Virus record (IMG/VR): IMGVR_UViG_3300037602_000009
Location: 1-53,318 of that record
DNA length: 53,318 nt
Source: a virus
Lineage: Duplodnaviria > Caudoviricetes
Reading direction: 5' to 3' (one strand)
Shown here: positions 1 to 8,861 of the stretch, piece after piece
Layout of the letters: the number at the start of each line of letters is the position of its first letter
Position numbering within the stretch: the first letter of the stretch is position 1
Translations under genes and position numbers: made by a program
Notes under the pieces: model-generated
The model's database searches: none
The model's input: only the letters and a program-made list of their open reading frames with translations
Told to the model about the DNA's origin: nothing

Positions 1-127
1 CATGCTTTCCCGGGAGCAGGGTGCGACGATGGAGGAGCTGCTTGAGGCTCTGTCCGGCGGCTCCAAGCCCTGGAAGGAAGTCAGCGTCAAGTCCGGCATG
101 AATTGGGACATGAACAAGGTGAAGGGT
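1..127. repeat. Terminal direct repeat, copy 1 (contig circularisation overlap)
   Basis: Bases 1-127 are identical to 53192-53318. The repeat falls inside a coding sequence, and 127 is a common assembler k-mer size. Confidence 0.95.
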
Positions 128-232
128 TACGGCATCCGCACCACCAAGCGCGGCGATGACGACTGCTACCACCTGGTGCTCCCCGAGGGCCTGACTGCTC
201 CGGTTCCCCACACGGAAAAGAAGGGGGCCTGA
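2..232 (+). CDS. C-terminal part of the DUF3489-like winged-helix protein that starts at 52458 and crosses the contig junction
   Basis: In frame with the ORF from 52458 through the 127-bp overlap; MLSREQGATMEELLEAL...W motif. Confidence 0.85.
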   Translation: MLSREQGATMEELLEALSGGSKPWKEVSVKSGMNWDMNKVKGYGIRTTKRGDDDCYHLVLPEGLTAPVPHTEKKGA

Positions 233-256
233 GCCCCCTACCCTCCACCCCGAGAA

Positions 257-469
257 ATGGAGCACAAGATGTTTTACGCAGTTGCTATCCTCCCGACCAA
301 GGATGGTCAGGCCGTTCAGTACCTGGGGAGCTGGGGCCGCAGCAAATCTCATCGCCGGGAGCTGGCTCAGGAATATACTTGGGAGCGAGCTTGTCAGGTT
401 CGTGATGAGCTTCGCCGGCAACCCGGCCTGACCCCCGAGGGCCGTGAAAGCATTGTGGTGGTATCATGA
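257..469 (+). CDS. Hypothetical early protein (true start probably ATG 269)
   Basis: Follows the AGAAATGGAGCAC RBS motif; stop overlaps the next ATG (ATGA). Confidence 0.7.
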   Translation: MEHKMFYAVAILPTKDGQAVQYLGSWGRSKSHRRELAQEYTWERACQVRDELRRQPGLTPEGRESIVVVS

Positions 470-1059
470 CACGTGAAGAATGGCTCAAGAAGGCGGTGCG
501 CTCCATGCGCCCGCTCCTGCGCAAGGCGAACATCAAGATGCGTGCCAAGTGGCAGGTGTCCGTCTCCCTCGCCTCCAGCCGGACGGCTATTGGGCAATGC
601 TGGTATGAGGCCGCCAGCGCCTCCGGGAAAACCGCCAACATATTTGTCTGCCCCACGGTCGGGGACCCGGTTGAGGTCCTGGGCGTCCTGCTTCACGAGA
701 TGATCCACGCGGCCCTCCCCATGGGCGTTCATCACGGCCCCAAGTTCGCAAAGGCCTGTAAGCAGATCGGCCTGGAGGGGAAGCCCACTCACGCAACCCC
801 GGGACCAAAGCTCAAGGCGGAGCTTGCCCGGCTCGCCGCCTTCCTGGGCACCTATCCGCATGACGCTATGGTGGTGAGGTCCGGCGGCAAACAGGGAACC
901 AAGGGCGGCTATTGGCCGGTGTACGTCTCCCCGGCTGATGAGCGCTACCGCGTCCAGATCAGCGAGCGAGCCCTGAAGGAATACGGCCCGCCGATCTGCC
1001 CCATCACCGGCGACCAAATGACCCTCGCCACTGGCCGTGCGCCCAAGTGGCCCAACTGA
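466..1059 (+). CDS. SprT-like zinc metalloprotease
   Basis: VLLHEMIHA (HExxH) followed by HHGPKF. Confidence 0.8.
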   Translation: MTREEWLKKAVRSMRPLLRKANIKMRAKWQVSVSLASSRTAIGQCWYEAASASGKTANIFVCPTVGDPVEVLGVLLHEMIHAALPMGVHHGPKFAKACKQIGLEGKPTHATPGPKLKAELARLAAFLGTYPHDAMVVRSGGKQGTKGGYWPVYVSPADERYRVQISERALKEYGPPICPITGDQMTLATGRAPKWPN

Positions 1060-1072
1060 GAAAGAGAGCACC

Positions 1073-2281
1073 ATGATCATTTTCCAGAACAAAGGTCTCA
1101 TTGACCTCCGGGCCGTCAAGACGGTCGGGCTCAACGCAAAGCCCAAGACGGACAACCCCATCGGGGAGTTCGGCACAGGCCTCAAGCTCGCCATCGCCGT
1201 GATCCTTCGCAACAAGGGTCACGTCACGCTGTACCGGGGCAAGCAGCCCTATGTGTTCGGGGTCAAGGCCACCAAGTTCCGGGGCGAGGATGTTCAGCTC
1301 ATCACGATGAACGGCGAGGAGCTGGGCTTCACCCTGAACTACGGCAAGAATTGGAAGCCGTGGCAGGCCTTCCGGGAGCTGTACAGCAACATGCTGGATG
1401 AGCCCGAGGGCGTCTGCTCATACACCAAACTCATCGCCAACCCCAAACCCGGTTACACGACCATCGTGGTGGACGGATGCGAGTTTGATGAGCTGTACGA
1501 GAACCGGCGCAGCGTGTTCCTGGAGGGCGATCCACTGCTCAAGGTCCCGGGGCTGGAGGTCCACTTTGGCCAGTCCAAGGCCATCTATTACAACGGCATG
1601 CGCGCCATGGACCTGCCTCAGCCGTCCCTGTTCACCTACAATATCACGAGCCGGATGACCCTCACCGAGGATCGCACGTTCATGTATCCGCACATGGCCC
1701 CGTACTACACGGTGCGTGCGCTCGCCGCGTGCGACAACGGGGAGATCATCGCCAACGTCCTCACGGCGGACAAGGAGGCTTGGGAAAGCCGGTTTGAGTA
1801 CGATCTGGGCAAGGAGGCTCCGGTGTCGGGGACCTTCATGCGGGTCGCTGCCGACCTCAAGGCCCGTCGCCAGCCTATGGTCGCCGGGGCGTCCAAGCTG
1901 TTTGCTGAACGCGCCACCCAGACCTCCACCTATGGGATGGTGAGGACGCGGGACCCATCCCGCGTTGAGCTGGCTCACTATGAGCGAGCCCTGGAGCTGG
2001 TCCGCATGAAGCTCCCGAACGTTGACAACCTGCCCTGCGTCGTGGCGAATGACCCCGAGGTCAAGGAGGTCTATGCCAACCGGGAATTGATAGAGCTTGC
2101 CCCGGGCTGCGCTGAGCAGCCTGTGCTGGACCTCGCTGTGAAAATCGTCGTGGCCCTGTGTAACCGGGAAGCGGGCAAGGAGCTTACTGCCCAGGCCGTC
2201 GCCCGGATGTTCCTGCTGGGCTCATTTGAGCGCAAGCGGGAGGAGCCGCAGCCGTTCGCTGAGGCCGACATCCCATTCTGA
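1073..2281 (+). CDS. GHKL/HATPase-like (rIIA-like) ATP-binding protein
   Basis: IGEFGTGLKLA and WQAFRELYSNMLDE motifs; RBS motif AGAAAGAGAGCAC before ATG 1073; acidic ADIPF tail. Confidence 0.65.
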   Translation: MIIFQNKGLIDLRAVKTVGLNAKPKTDNPIGEFGTGLKLAIAVILRNKGHVTLYRGKQPYVFGVKATKFRGEDVQLITMNGEELGFTLNYGKNWKPWQAFRELYSNMLDEPEGVCSYTKLIANPKPGYTTIVVDGCEFDELYENRRSVFLEGDPLLKVPGLEVHFGQSKAIYYNGMRAMDLPQPSLFTYNITSRMTLTEDRTFMYPHMAPYYTVRALAACDNGEIIANVLTADKEAWESRFEYDLGKEAPVSGTFMRVAADLKARRQPMVAGASKLFAERATQTSTYGMVRTRDPSRVELAHYERALELVRMKLPNVDNLPCVVANDPEVKEVYANRELIELAPGCAEQPVLDLAVKIVVALCNREAGKELTAQAVARMFLLGSFERKREEPQPFAEADIPF

Positions 2282-2282
2282 C

Positions 2283-2311
2283 TAGACCCAGCCCGGTGCC
2301 CGGGTTAGCTT
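2283..2311 (+). promoter_or_regulatory. Putative sigma70 promoter
   Basis: TAGACC-17 bp-TAGCTT in the intergenic region upstream of 2361. Confidence 0.45.
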
Positions 2312-2360
2312 ACTCGGGCACATGGGATAGTCCCCGCGCAACTCTAACAGGAGGTTCACC

Positions 2361-2582
2361 ATGATCCGCCGCTACTTCTTTGGCTTTGTCAGCTTGTTTT
2401 CCATGCTCATCGCCACTGCCCTCATTGCCCTTCCGGTCCAGCTGACCGTTGACACTGTCCTCGCCCTCGCCACCGTCGCCGCCCTGATCACCGTCGCCGT
2501 CTCGCCGCCGGCACCTGTGCGCTCCTTCATGGAGCGGCTCCGCTCCCGCCCCGCCTATATCGGTGACGGCAGTACCATCTGA
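2361..2582 (+). CDS. Small membrane protein (2 TM)
   Basis: Strong RBS CAGGAGGT; two hydrophobic helices. Confidence 0.75.
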   Translation: MIRRYFFGFVSLFSMLIATALIALPVQLTVDTVLALATVAALITVAVSPPAPVRSFMERLRSRPAYIGDGSTI

Positions 2583-2604
2583 ATCAGCGCCTGCTGAATA
2601 ATGC

Positions 2605-2633
2605 CCTCAGCCCCGCCTAGTGTGGGGCTGAGG
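2605..2633 (+). terminator. Stem-loop after the membrane gene (terminator-like, no U-tract)
   Basis: CCTCAGCCCCGC-CTAGT-GTGGGGCTGAGG. Confidence 0.45.
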
Positions 2634-2653
2634 TGTCAGAAAAGGAGCACGAG

Positions 2654-3001
2654 ATGATTGAATGTACCCAAGCCGACATAGACCGCTTCATGAAGCACGT
2701 GGACATCCTGCCGTGCGGCTGCTGGTTCTGGATCGGCGCGACCTCCAAGGGGAAAGGCAACCGCAAGCCTTATGGGACCTTCTGGGTCAACCGCAAGGTG
2801 GGCCGGGTCCGGGCTCATCGCTTCGCCTGTGAGGTGATCGGCAAGAAGGGCGAGCTGCCCAAAGGGCATGACCGGGACCACACCTGCCGCTTCAGCCTCT
2901 GCGTCAACCCGGACTGTATTGAGTACGTGACCAAGGCGGTGAACCAAGAACGCAAGCACAGCGGCTTCAGCCGCTTTCAGGAGGATCGGCCCCATGCGTG
3001 A
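2654..3001 (+). CDS. HNH endonuclease (Zn-binding, homing-type)
   Basis: GCWFWIG...YG...RAHRF...DHTCRFSLCVNPDC motifs; AAGGAG RBS. Confidence 0.85.
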   Translation: MIECTQADIDRFMKHVDILPCGCWFWIGATSKGKGNRKPYGTFWVNRKVGRVRAHRFACEVIGKKGELPKGHDRDHTCRFSLCVNPDCIEYVTKAVNQERKHSGFSRFQEDRPHA

Positions 3002-3782
3002 TGTCGTGATCGTTGGCGGGGGTTTGTTCGGCTCCATCGCAGCCGCCGCCCTCCGGGATGCCGGCATGGATGTCTGCCTGATTGATGACGGTCGCCCCCG
3101 CTCGGGCTCCCGGGCCGCCGGTTGCCTGATGAAACCGTCCTGGCTCAGTAAGATGGGCAGGGACAACGTGGACGCCTCTTTCAGGCTCCTGGACAGGCTG
3201 TACGGCCTCCGCACAATCTCGCTCAAAGCCGGGCCACTTTCCGTCAATGCGGAATGGGTCAACCCCGATCTGGTTTTGCGGTCCCCGCGCCAGATGCGGA
3301 AGGTCACAGCAACGCTCCCGGGCCGGGTCTATTTCGGCACAGGTGAGGTGCTGGAGGCCAAGAAGGTCATTGTGGCTTGCGGAGCCTGGACCAAGGCCCT
3401 CATTCCCGGTTGCGACGTGACCGGCAAGATCGGGGTCAGCATACGGCTCAACGCTGCGCCCGAGGACAACCGGATCGATCCCTGGGCACCCTACAAGCAG
3501 CTGGTGCGCTTCTCCACAGGCGACTTCCATTGGGCCGGGGACGGGACCGCCATCATTGAGAAGAATTGGACCCTGGACAGGGAGCGGGCCTCACTGGACC
3601 GCATCATTGAGTTCGCCGGGGAAGGTCAGGCCCGGGTCGGCATCCGGCCCTATGTCTCGACCTCTGACCCGGCGGCCCTGGAGGAGGTCGCCCCCGGCCT
3701 CTGGAGCCTGACTGGTGGGGGCAAGAACGGGACGGCAGCCGCAGGCTGGGCCGCTTCCCGCCTGTTGGAGGCCTTAACATGA
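2994..3782 (+). CDS. FAD-dependent oxidoreductase (DAO-like), probable flavin-dependent lyase of thymidine hypermodification
   Basis: N-terminal DVVIVGGGLFG Rossmann motif, SRAAGCL, VIVACGAW, VGIRP and GGGKNG; adjacent to modification genes. Confidence 0.8.
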   Translation: MRDVVIVGGGLFGSIAAAALRDAGMDVCLIDDGRPRSGSRAAGCLMKPSWLSKMGRDNVDASFRLLDRLYGLRTISLKAGPLSVNAEWVNPDLVLRSPRQMRKVTATLPGRVYFGTGEVLEAKKVIVACGAWTKALIPGCDVTGKIGVSIRLNAAPEDNRIDPWAPYKQLVRFSTGDFHWAGDGTAIIEKNWTLDRERASLDRIIEFAGEGQARVGIRPYVSTSDPAALEEVAPGLWSLTGGGKNGTAAAGWAASRLLEALT

Positions 3783-4009
3783 AGGTGATATACAAGTGCC
3801 GTTGTATGGACGCTGAGCGCTCCATCGACGTCACGGCCCGGGTCCCCGAGGGGGACCTACAAGAATGGATGGAAGGCGTTGTCATCAACTGCGTCGCCTA
3901 TGACCACGCCGGTCACTATCCCAACTGTCAATCCACCCACATGGACTGGCTCAAGATACCCATGATTGATGAGGAGGCCCCAATTGGCGTCGATGTCACC
4001 CGCAACTGA
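3779..4009 (+). CDS. Small Cys/His-rich hypothetical protein
   Basis: Translationally coupled to the FAD gene; CRC...C...H..H...C pattern. Confidence 0.65.
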   Translation: MKVIYKCRCMDAERSIDVTARVPEGDLQEWMEGVVINCVAYDHAGHYPNCQSTHMDWLKIPMIDEEAPIGVDVTRN

Positions 4010-4793
4010 GACCAACGACCCTGTTGCCTGGGGTCGCCGTCTCATCGAAACCAACGACCATGACCCGCTGTATGCCGCCTTGGGCCAGTGGGATGTGAAA
4101 GGCTCCCGGCTCCGCCGGTTCATGCTCGCCTATTGGTGCTGTTACAGCGTCGGGGCGAGCTGGTGGTTGAGCCAACATTCCGGGACCCGGTTCTGGGAGC
4201 AGCTCACCATTGCCGCCCATAATGCCAAGCCGTCGCCGCTCGGGGGCCGTTGGCCCAGAGCGCACGAGCGTCGTCACTGGCGCGGCGATAAGTGCGTGAA
4301 CAGCGTGCTGTGGCTCGCAGATCGGTTCAAGCACCCCGAGGAGGCGGTGCTGTCCCTTGAGGCCGCCCGCTCCCTGGGCGACGTCAACCGGCTGATGGAC
4401 TGGCCTCAGTTTGGTCCGTGGATCGCCTTCAAGGCGGCTGACATGCTGGAGCGCGTCCTTGCCGTCCCGGTCGCCTTCCCCGAGGAAATTGTGACGCTCT
4501 ACAAGGACCCCAAGGAGGGGGCTGACATGGCCGCCCAAGTGATCGGCGGTCTATATGGTCCGCAGGAAGTGGTCCAACTCATGCTGGAAAGCTATTCTGA
4601 CATCATCGCCCCCGGCTTCAAGGGCTCGGGCCGGGTCTGTAACATCCAGGAAGTGGAGACGGTTCTGTGTAAGTGGAAGTCAGCCCGCAAGGGTCATTAC
4701 TTCATCGGCAAGGACACAGCCGACCACAGGGCTGAGCTGCTCGCTTGGGATGCTCAAGACCTTCTCGCTGTGTACCCAATCACCCCCGCTTGA
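3993..4793 (+). CDS. Amino acid:DNA transferase (aGPT-Pplase2 / ADDT family)
   Basis: LIETNDHDPLY, AYWCCYS, WPRAHERRHWRG, FGPWIAFKAADMLERV and EVETVLCKWKS motifs; cluster context. Confidence 0.8.
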   Translation: MSPATETNDPVAWGRRLIETNDHDPLYAALGQWDVKGSRLRRFMLAYWCCYSVGASWWLSQHSGTRFWEQLTIAAHNAKPSPLGGRWPRAHERRHWRGDKCVNSVLWLADRFKHPEEAVLSLEAARSLGDVNRLMDWPQFGPWIAFKAADMLERVLAVPVAFPEEIVTLYKDPKEGADMAAQVIGGLYGPQEVVQLMLESYSDIIAPGFKGSGRVCNIQEVETVLCKWKSARKGHYFIGKDTADHRAELLAWDAQDLLAVYPITPA

Positions 4794-4818
4794 CATCTAT
4801 CCCCGCCGGGGATAAGGT
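4790..4818 (+). promoter_or_regulatory. Putative sigma70 promoter containing palindromic operator TATCCCCGCCGGGGATA
   Basis: TTGACA-17 bp-TAAGGT; the palindrome spans the spacer. Confidence 0.7.
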
Positions 4819-4845
4819 GAACTGATCAGAAATGGAGCACGATCA

Positions 4846-5475
4846 ATGATCATAAACATCAGAGGCACCAACGGGTCTGGTAAGACCCACTTGGCTCGCC
4901 AGCTCATCGGGGCGGATGCGCACCCGGTTGATCTGGTCTGGTATGACGCACCCACCAAGAAGGTCCCCGACCGCAAGCTGTCCGTGGAGGGCTGGGGTCA
5001 GCCTGACGAGTTCTTTGCGGTCGGGTCCTACAAGCAGGGCTGCGGCGGCATGGACACCATCCCGAGCTTTGAGCTTCAGCAATCCGCCGTTCGGGTCGCT
5101 GCTGACTGGAAGCATGAAGGAGGCCGCCCCCTTGGCGGTCACGGCCCACGCCATGTCGTGTGCGAGGGCGTCCTGGCTTCCACCGTCTATGGAAGCTGGG
5201 GTGAGTTCTTTCGGGAGATGGAAGCGGCTCACCACAGCGTCATCGTGGCCTATCTGGACACCCCCCTGGAGCTGTGCCTTGAGCGCATCACCGCCCGTCA
5301 GATCGCCGCCAAGGGCGAGGCTCGGGAGATCAAGACCGATCTGGTGGCGAACAAGATCAAGGCGATTGAGGCGACCCGGGCGAGGTTCAAGGCCGCCGGC
5401 ATTCTCACCGTAACCCTTCGCCATGGCTCCGCCCTGAGCGACCTTCATGAGGCACTTGAATATGGCGCGCATTGA
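4846..5475 (+). CDS. P-loop nucleotide/DNA kinase of the 5-hmdU modification system
   Basis: INIRGTNGSGKT Walker A, GCGGMDTI, VVCEGVL and LDTPLELCLERI. Confidence 0.8.
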   Translation: MIINIRGTNGSGKTHLARQLIGADAHPVDLVWYDAPTKKVPDRKLSVEGWGQPDEFFAVGSYKQGCGGMDTIPSFELQQSAVRVAADWKHEGGRPLGGHGPRHVVCEGVLASTVYGSWGEFFREMEAAHHSVIVAYLDTPLELCLERITARQIAAKGEAREIKTDLVANKIKAIEATRARFKAAGILTVTLRHGSALSDLHEALEYGAH

Positions 5476-6454
5476 CGCTTCTCCGCTCTGGGCCTGGGCC
5501 AACGAGCGCCACGCCATCTACATCCGCAAGGAGCTTCGGGCCGGACGGTCGCCCGAGGAGCTTCATATTGCGGCGGACTGCGAGGACCTCCAGGACTGTG
5601 ACCCGGAGGGCTTCGCCATCAACGAGGTCGGGCCGTACACTGATGACCCGATCCTCCAGCAGTACCGCTTCTGTAACGTGTTCCGGGAGCTGGACCGGGT
5701 GACGGTCTGGGTTGAGGAGAACATCCGCAAGCCATTCAAGGATCACCCCGACCTGTGGTTGATGCTTGCCATCGCCCGTTACATCAACTGGCCCGACACC
5801 CTCAAGTTCTTGATTGAGAGCGGCTATTGCTGGCCCAATCAAGACTTCACACCCGAGGACCTGGGCCGTGCTCTGGACTATCGGAAGGCCCAGGGGGGCA
5901 AGCTCTACACCGGGGCGTACATGATCCGGGCTGAGAGCAATCCCAACGCTGAATGGTACAGCTGGACCAAGCAGCAGTACATTGCCCGCATCGTGATCGG
6001 TCGCCTGTGGGAGGATCGGGAGCAGTGGAGGGCGATGCTGGAGGACCAGCCCGAGGGCGGCCTGGAGTTGGAAGCCGTTTGGCAGCTGTTCCAGTCCCCG
6101 CGCTACATCGGCTGGGGGCCGTTCATGAGCTATCAGGTGGTGGTGGACCTCCGCTGGACCCATTACCTGCGCAACGCCCCGGACATCAACACGTGGGCGG
6201 CCCTCGGGCCGGGCTCCCGGCGCGGCCTCAACCGGCTCGCCGGGCGTGATCTGGACTTCAACCTCACTCAGGCTCAGGGCCTGGAGGAAATGCGCCAGAT
6301 TTGGGAGGAGCAGGACCAGTACCGCGCCCCCTGGGTCCCCCGCATCGACCTCAGCGACATCCAGAACTGTCTCTGTGAGACAGACAAGTATCTCCGGGTC
6401 AAGCTCGGGGAAGGCAAGCCCCGGGCTCAGTATGTCCCGGGCCGTGGTTATTGA
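5462..6454 (+). CDS. aGPT-Pplase1 / 5-hmdU DNA kinase helical-domain protein
   Basis: ERHAIYIRKE, YTDDPILQQYRFCNVFRELDRVT, GPFMSYQVVVDL, GPGSRRGLNRL and IQNCLCETDKY motifs. Confidence 0.85.
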   Translation: MARIDASPLWAWANERHAIYIRKELRAGRSPEELHIAADCEDLQDCDPEGFAINEVGPYTDDPILQQYRFCNVFRELDRVTVWVEENIRKPFKDHPDLWLMLAIARYINWPDTLKFLIESGYCWPNQDFTPEDLGRALDYRKAQGGKLYTGAYMIRAESNPNAEWYSWTKQQYIARIVIGRLWEDREQWRAMLEDQPEGGLELEAVWQLFQSPRYIGWGPFMSYQVVVDLRWTHYLRNAPDINTWAALGPGSRRGLNRLAGRDLDFNLTQAQGLEEMRQIWEEQDQYRAPWVPRIDLSDIQNCLCETDKYLRVKLGEGKPRAQYVPGRGY

Positions 6455-6469
6455 GAAAAGGAGAACGAC

Positions 6470-7099
6470 ATGGCCAGCACACGATTGACCAACAGCATAC
6501 GCGACAGCTTGCTCAAGAAGCTCCTTGAACGCGCCTTCAAGGCCCGTTGCGATGAGTTTCTGAAGCGGGCCGCCGCTTTCGCCGTCGCCGTCCACGCTGA
6601 TGTATTCGGCAAGGACCTGGAGAAGATGAACGCCCTGCCCAGGGGCTGGTTGCCGCAGGACGATGACATCATGGTCCGGTTTGGCGGGGACAACACCCGA
6701 CTGAGCTTCAAGGGCTCCCTGGGCTCTGGAGGCATCCCTGACGCCTTCCGGCGCTGCGGTTCCACCGGAGGTGACAGCGTGTACCTTCGCCTCACCGATA
6801 GCACTAAGGGCACCACGGCCAAGGTCTATAACGCCCGGGAGCCGCTCGCCTCTGAGTATGAGGGGCTCATCAATGAGCGCAAGGACCTATGTGATGAGAT
6901 TGAGCGCGCAGCTCGCACGGCCAAAGCCGCGATGGAAAGCTGCTCCACAATCGAAAAGCTCATCAAGGTCTGGCCCGAGGTGGAGGAGTTCGCCAAGGAG
7001 TTCTTGGTGGACGGTGAGCGCAAGGCTTTGCTCCCCGATGTCCCCCGGGCTCAGCTCAACAACCTACTTAATCTGCCGCCCGAGGAGAAAGCCGCATGA
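6470..7099 (+). CDS. Nmad5-like nucleotide-modification-associated protein
   Basis: RLTNSIRD N-terminus and TIEKLIKVWPE C-terminal motif; cluster context. Confidence 0.7.
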   Translation: MASTRLTNSIRDSLLKKLLERAFKARCDEFLKRAAAFAVAVHADVFGKDLEKMNALPRGWLPQDDDIMVRFGGDNTRLSFKGSLGSGGIPDAFRRCGSTGGDSVYLRLTDSTKGTTAKVYNAREPLASEYEGLINERKDLCDEIERAARTAKAAMESCSTIEKLIKVWPEVEEFAKEFLVDGERKALLPDVPRAQLNNLLNLPPEEKAA

Positions 7100-8196
7100 T
7101 CACGATTGAAGCACGCAACGTCAACGACGCCCTCTGGGCCGGGGGCTCTATGCTCCGCCAGATGGGCGTCCAGCGCGACAGCCGCAACGGGCCGGTGTTG
7201 GTTGCCCCGGCTCCAGTGTCAACGGTCTACATGAACCCGGTGGAGCGCGTCATGCTCCATCCCGGTCGGGACGCCAACCCATTCTTCCATCTGGTGGAAG
7301 CCCTGTGGATGCTCGCCGGTCGCAACGACCTCGCCACGCTGACTGAGTTCGTCAAGAACATGGCCAACTTTAGCGATGACGGCGGCAAGACACAGCCGGG
7401 GGCCTATGGCTTCCGCTGGCGCAAGCAATTCGACTATCGCCGGGGCCGGGAGCTGGATCAGCTCGCCTGGGCCATCAACCGGCTCAAGGCCGATCCCGAT
7501 GACCGCCGGGTGGTGATTCAGATGTGGGACCCGGCGGCGGACGCTTATGCCGCTGATCATGGGGGCAAGGACGTTCCCTGTAACCTCATCGCGCTGCCGT
7601 CGATTGGCACTGACGGGCGTTTGAACCTCACGGTGTACAACCGCTCAAATGATATGGTCTGGGGTGCCTACGGCGCAAACGCGGTGCATTTCTCCGTGCT
7701 CCAGGAGTATCTGGCCGCCATGATCGGGGTCCCCGTTGGGCAGTACTGGCAGGTTGCGAACAACTTCCATGCCTACCTGACCACGCTCGGGAAGGCCGGG
7801 GAGGAGCGGCCGTGGGGCCAGTCTCAGCTGGTCGGGACCGCTGGGCGCTTCCTCCCCGACCCCTATGTGTCCGGCAAGATCAAGCCCATGCCGATGTTCA
7901 CTGAAGGCCTCTCTCAGGAGGAGGTCCTTGACGACATTGAGATGTTCCTCAAGAACCCGGCCCGGGTCGGCATCCGGTCTGAGTTCCTGCGCAAGGTCGC
8001 CTGCCCGATGGTGATGGCTCACCGCGCCTTCAAGCGCTGGGGCGGCCTGGACGGCATCTCATCGGCTCGGGAGGTCCTGGACCAGATGCCCAAGGACAAC
8101 GACTGGAAGGCCGGGGCTGAGCTCTGGTTGAGCAACCGCGAGGCCAAGCTGCGCCGCGCACAGGACGATGGAGTGAGCCATGCTGCTGAAGATTAG
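7096..8196 (+). CDS. Thymidylate synthase-fold dUMP hydroxymethylase
   Basis: SRNG, RDANPFFHLVEALWMLAGRND, GAYGFRWR, DRRVVIQMWD, DVPCN (catalytic Cys) and NRSNDMVWGAYGANAVHFS. Confidence 0.88.
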   Translation: MITIEARNVNDALWAGGSMLRQMGVQRDSRNGPVLVAPAPVSTVYMNPVERVMLHPGRDANPFFHLVEALWMLAGRNDLATLTEFVKNMANFSDDGGKTQPGAYGFRWRKQFDYRRGRELDQLAWAINRLKADPDDRRVVIQMWDPAADAYAADHGGKDVPCNLIALPSIGTDGRLNLTVYNRSNDMVWGAYGANAVHFSVLQEYLAAMIGVPVGQYWQVANNFHAYLTTLGKAGEERPWGQSQLVGTAGRFLPDPYVSGKIKPMPMFTEGLSQEEVLDDIEMFLKNPARVGIRSEFLRKVACPMVMAHRAFKRWGGLDGISSAREVLDQMPKDNDWKAGAELWLSNREAKLRRAQDDGVSHAAED

Positions 8197-8353
8197 GATG
8201 GAGCTGCTGCCTGAAGATCGGCAGCCCAAGAACAGCTATCGCTACGGCTTCAAGAACGGCGATGCCGGGATTGAGTCCGTGTACATCAAGCGCTCTGTCT
8301 TCAAGGGCGCACCACCCAAGAACATCACGGTGAGTGTCGATGAAGCTGACTGA
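8180..8353 (+). CDS. Small hypothetical protein (57 aa, not in ORF track)
   Basis: ATG after GGAG; MLLKIRMELLPEDRQPKNSYRYGFKNGDAGIESVYIKRSVFKGAPPKNITVSVDEAD fills the gap and overlaps both neighbours. Confidence 0.7.
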   Translation: MLLKIRMELLPEDRQPKNSYRYGFKNGDAGIESVYIKRSVFKGAPPKNITVSVDEAD

Positions 8354-8861
8354 CCGCGTCATTGCCGTCCGGGAGGCCTCGCTTGTGGAGCGCTGTCACG
8401 TCCTCCCTCATGTCGGCAGCTACAACATTGGTTTTCACACCTACGGTGTGGCGACCCTCTGCCATCTCCTCTGGCCTGATCAGCCCCAGCTGGTCATCGC
8501 GGCGCTGTTTCACGACACGCCCGAGCGCTGGACCGGCGACGTGCCCAGCCAGGTCATCAAGGCCAACCCGGCGGTTGCCGGCACCCTTGCTCAGCTGGAC
8601 GGGGACATCACCGGAATGCTCAGCCTGCCGTGCGAACATCACCTGAATGACGTGGACTTCGCACGCTTCAAGGCTTGTGACCGCCTTGAGTTCTGGCTAT
8701 GGTGTCGGGACCAGCTCGCATTCGGCAACCAGATGATCCTCAACGCGATGGAAAGCATTGAGGACACGCTGGAAAGCGACAACAACACGCCTCCCGAGGT
8801 CCTGACGCTCTACATGGACCTCAAGGATGAGGGCTGGAAGCGACACAAGGAGTCAATCTGA
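8340..8861 (+). CDS. HD-domain phosphohydrolase (5'-deoxynucleotidase YfbR-like)
   Basis: VERCH, YNIGFHTYG, AALFHDTPERWTGDVPS and KACDRLE. Confidence 0.85.
   Translation: MKLTDRVIAVREASLVERCHVLPHVGSYNIGFHTYGVATLCHLLWPDQPQLVIAALFHDTPERWTGDVPSQVIKANPAVAGTLAQLDGDITGMLSLPCEHHLNDVDFARFKACDRLEFWLWCRDQLAFGNQMILNAMESIEDTLESDNNTPPEVLTLYMDLKDEGWKRHKESI

Noticed and set aside
1-127. 127-bp terminal repeat as a biological direct terminal repeat
   Set aside because: It interrupts a CDS and equals a standard assembler k-mer length. The P22-like TerS suggests headful packaging instead.
7096-8196. Ordinary thymidylate synthase (thyA)
   Set aside because: Motifs and neighbourhood match the dUMP hydroxymethylase branch.
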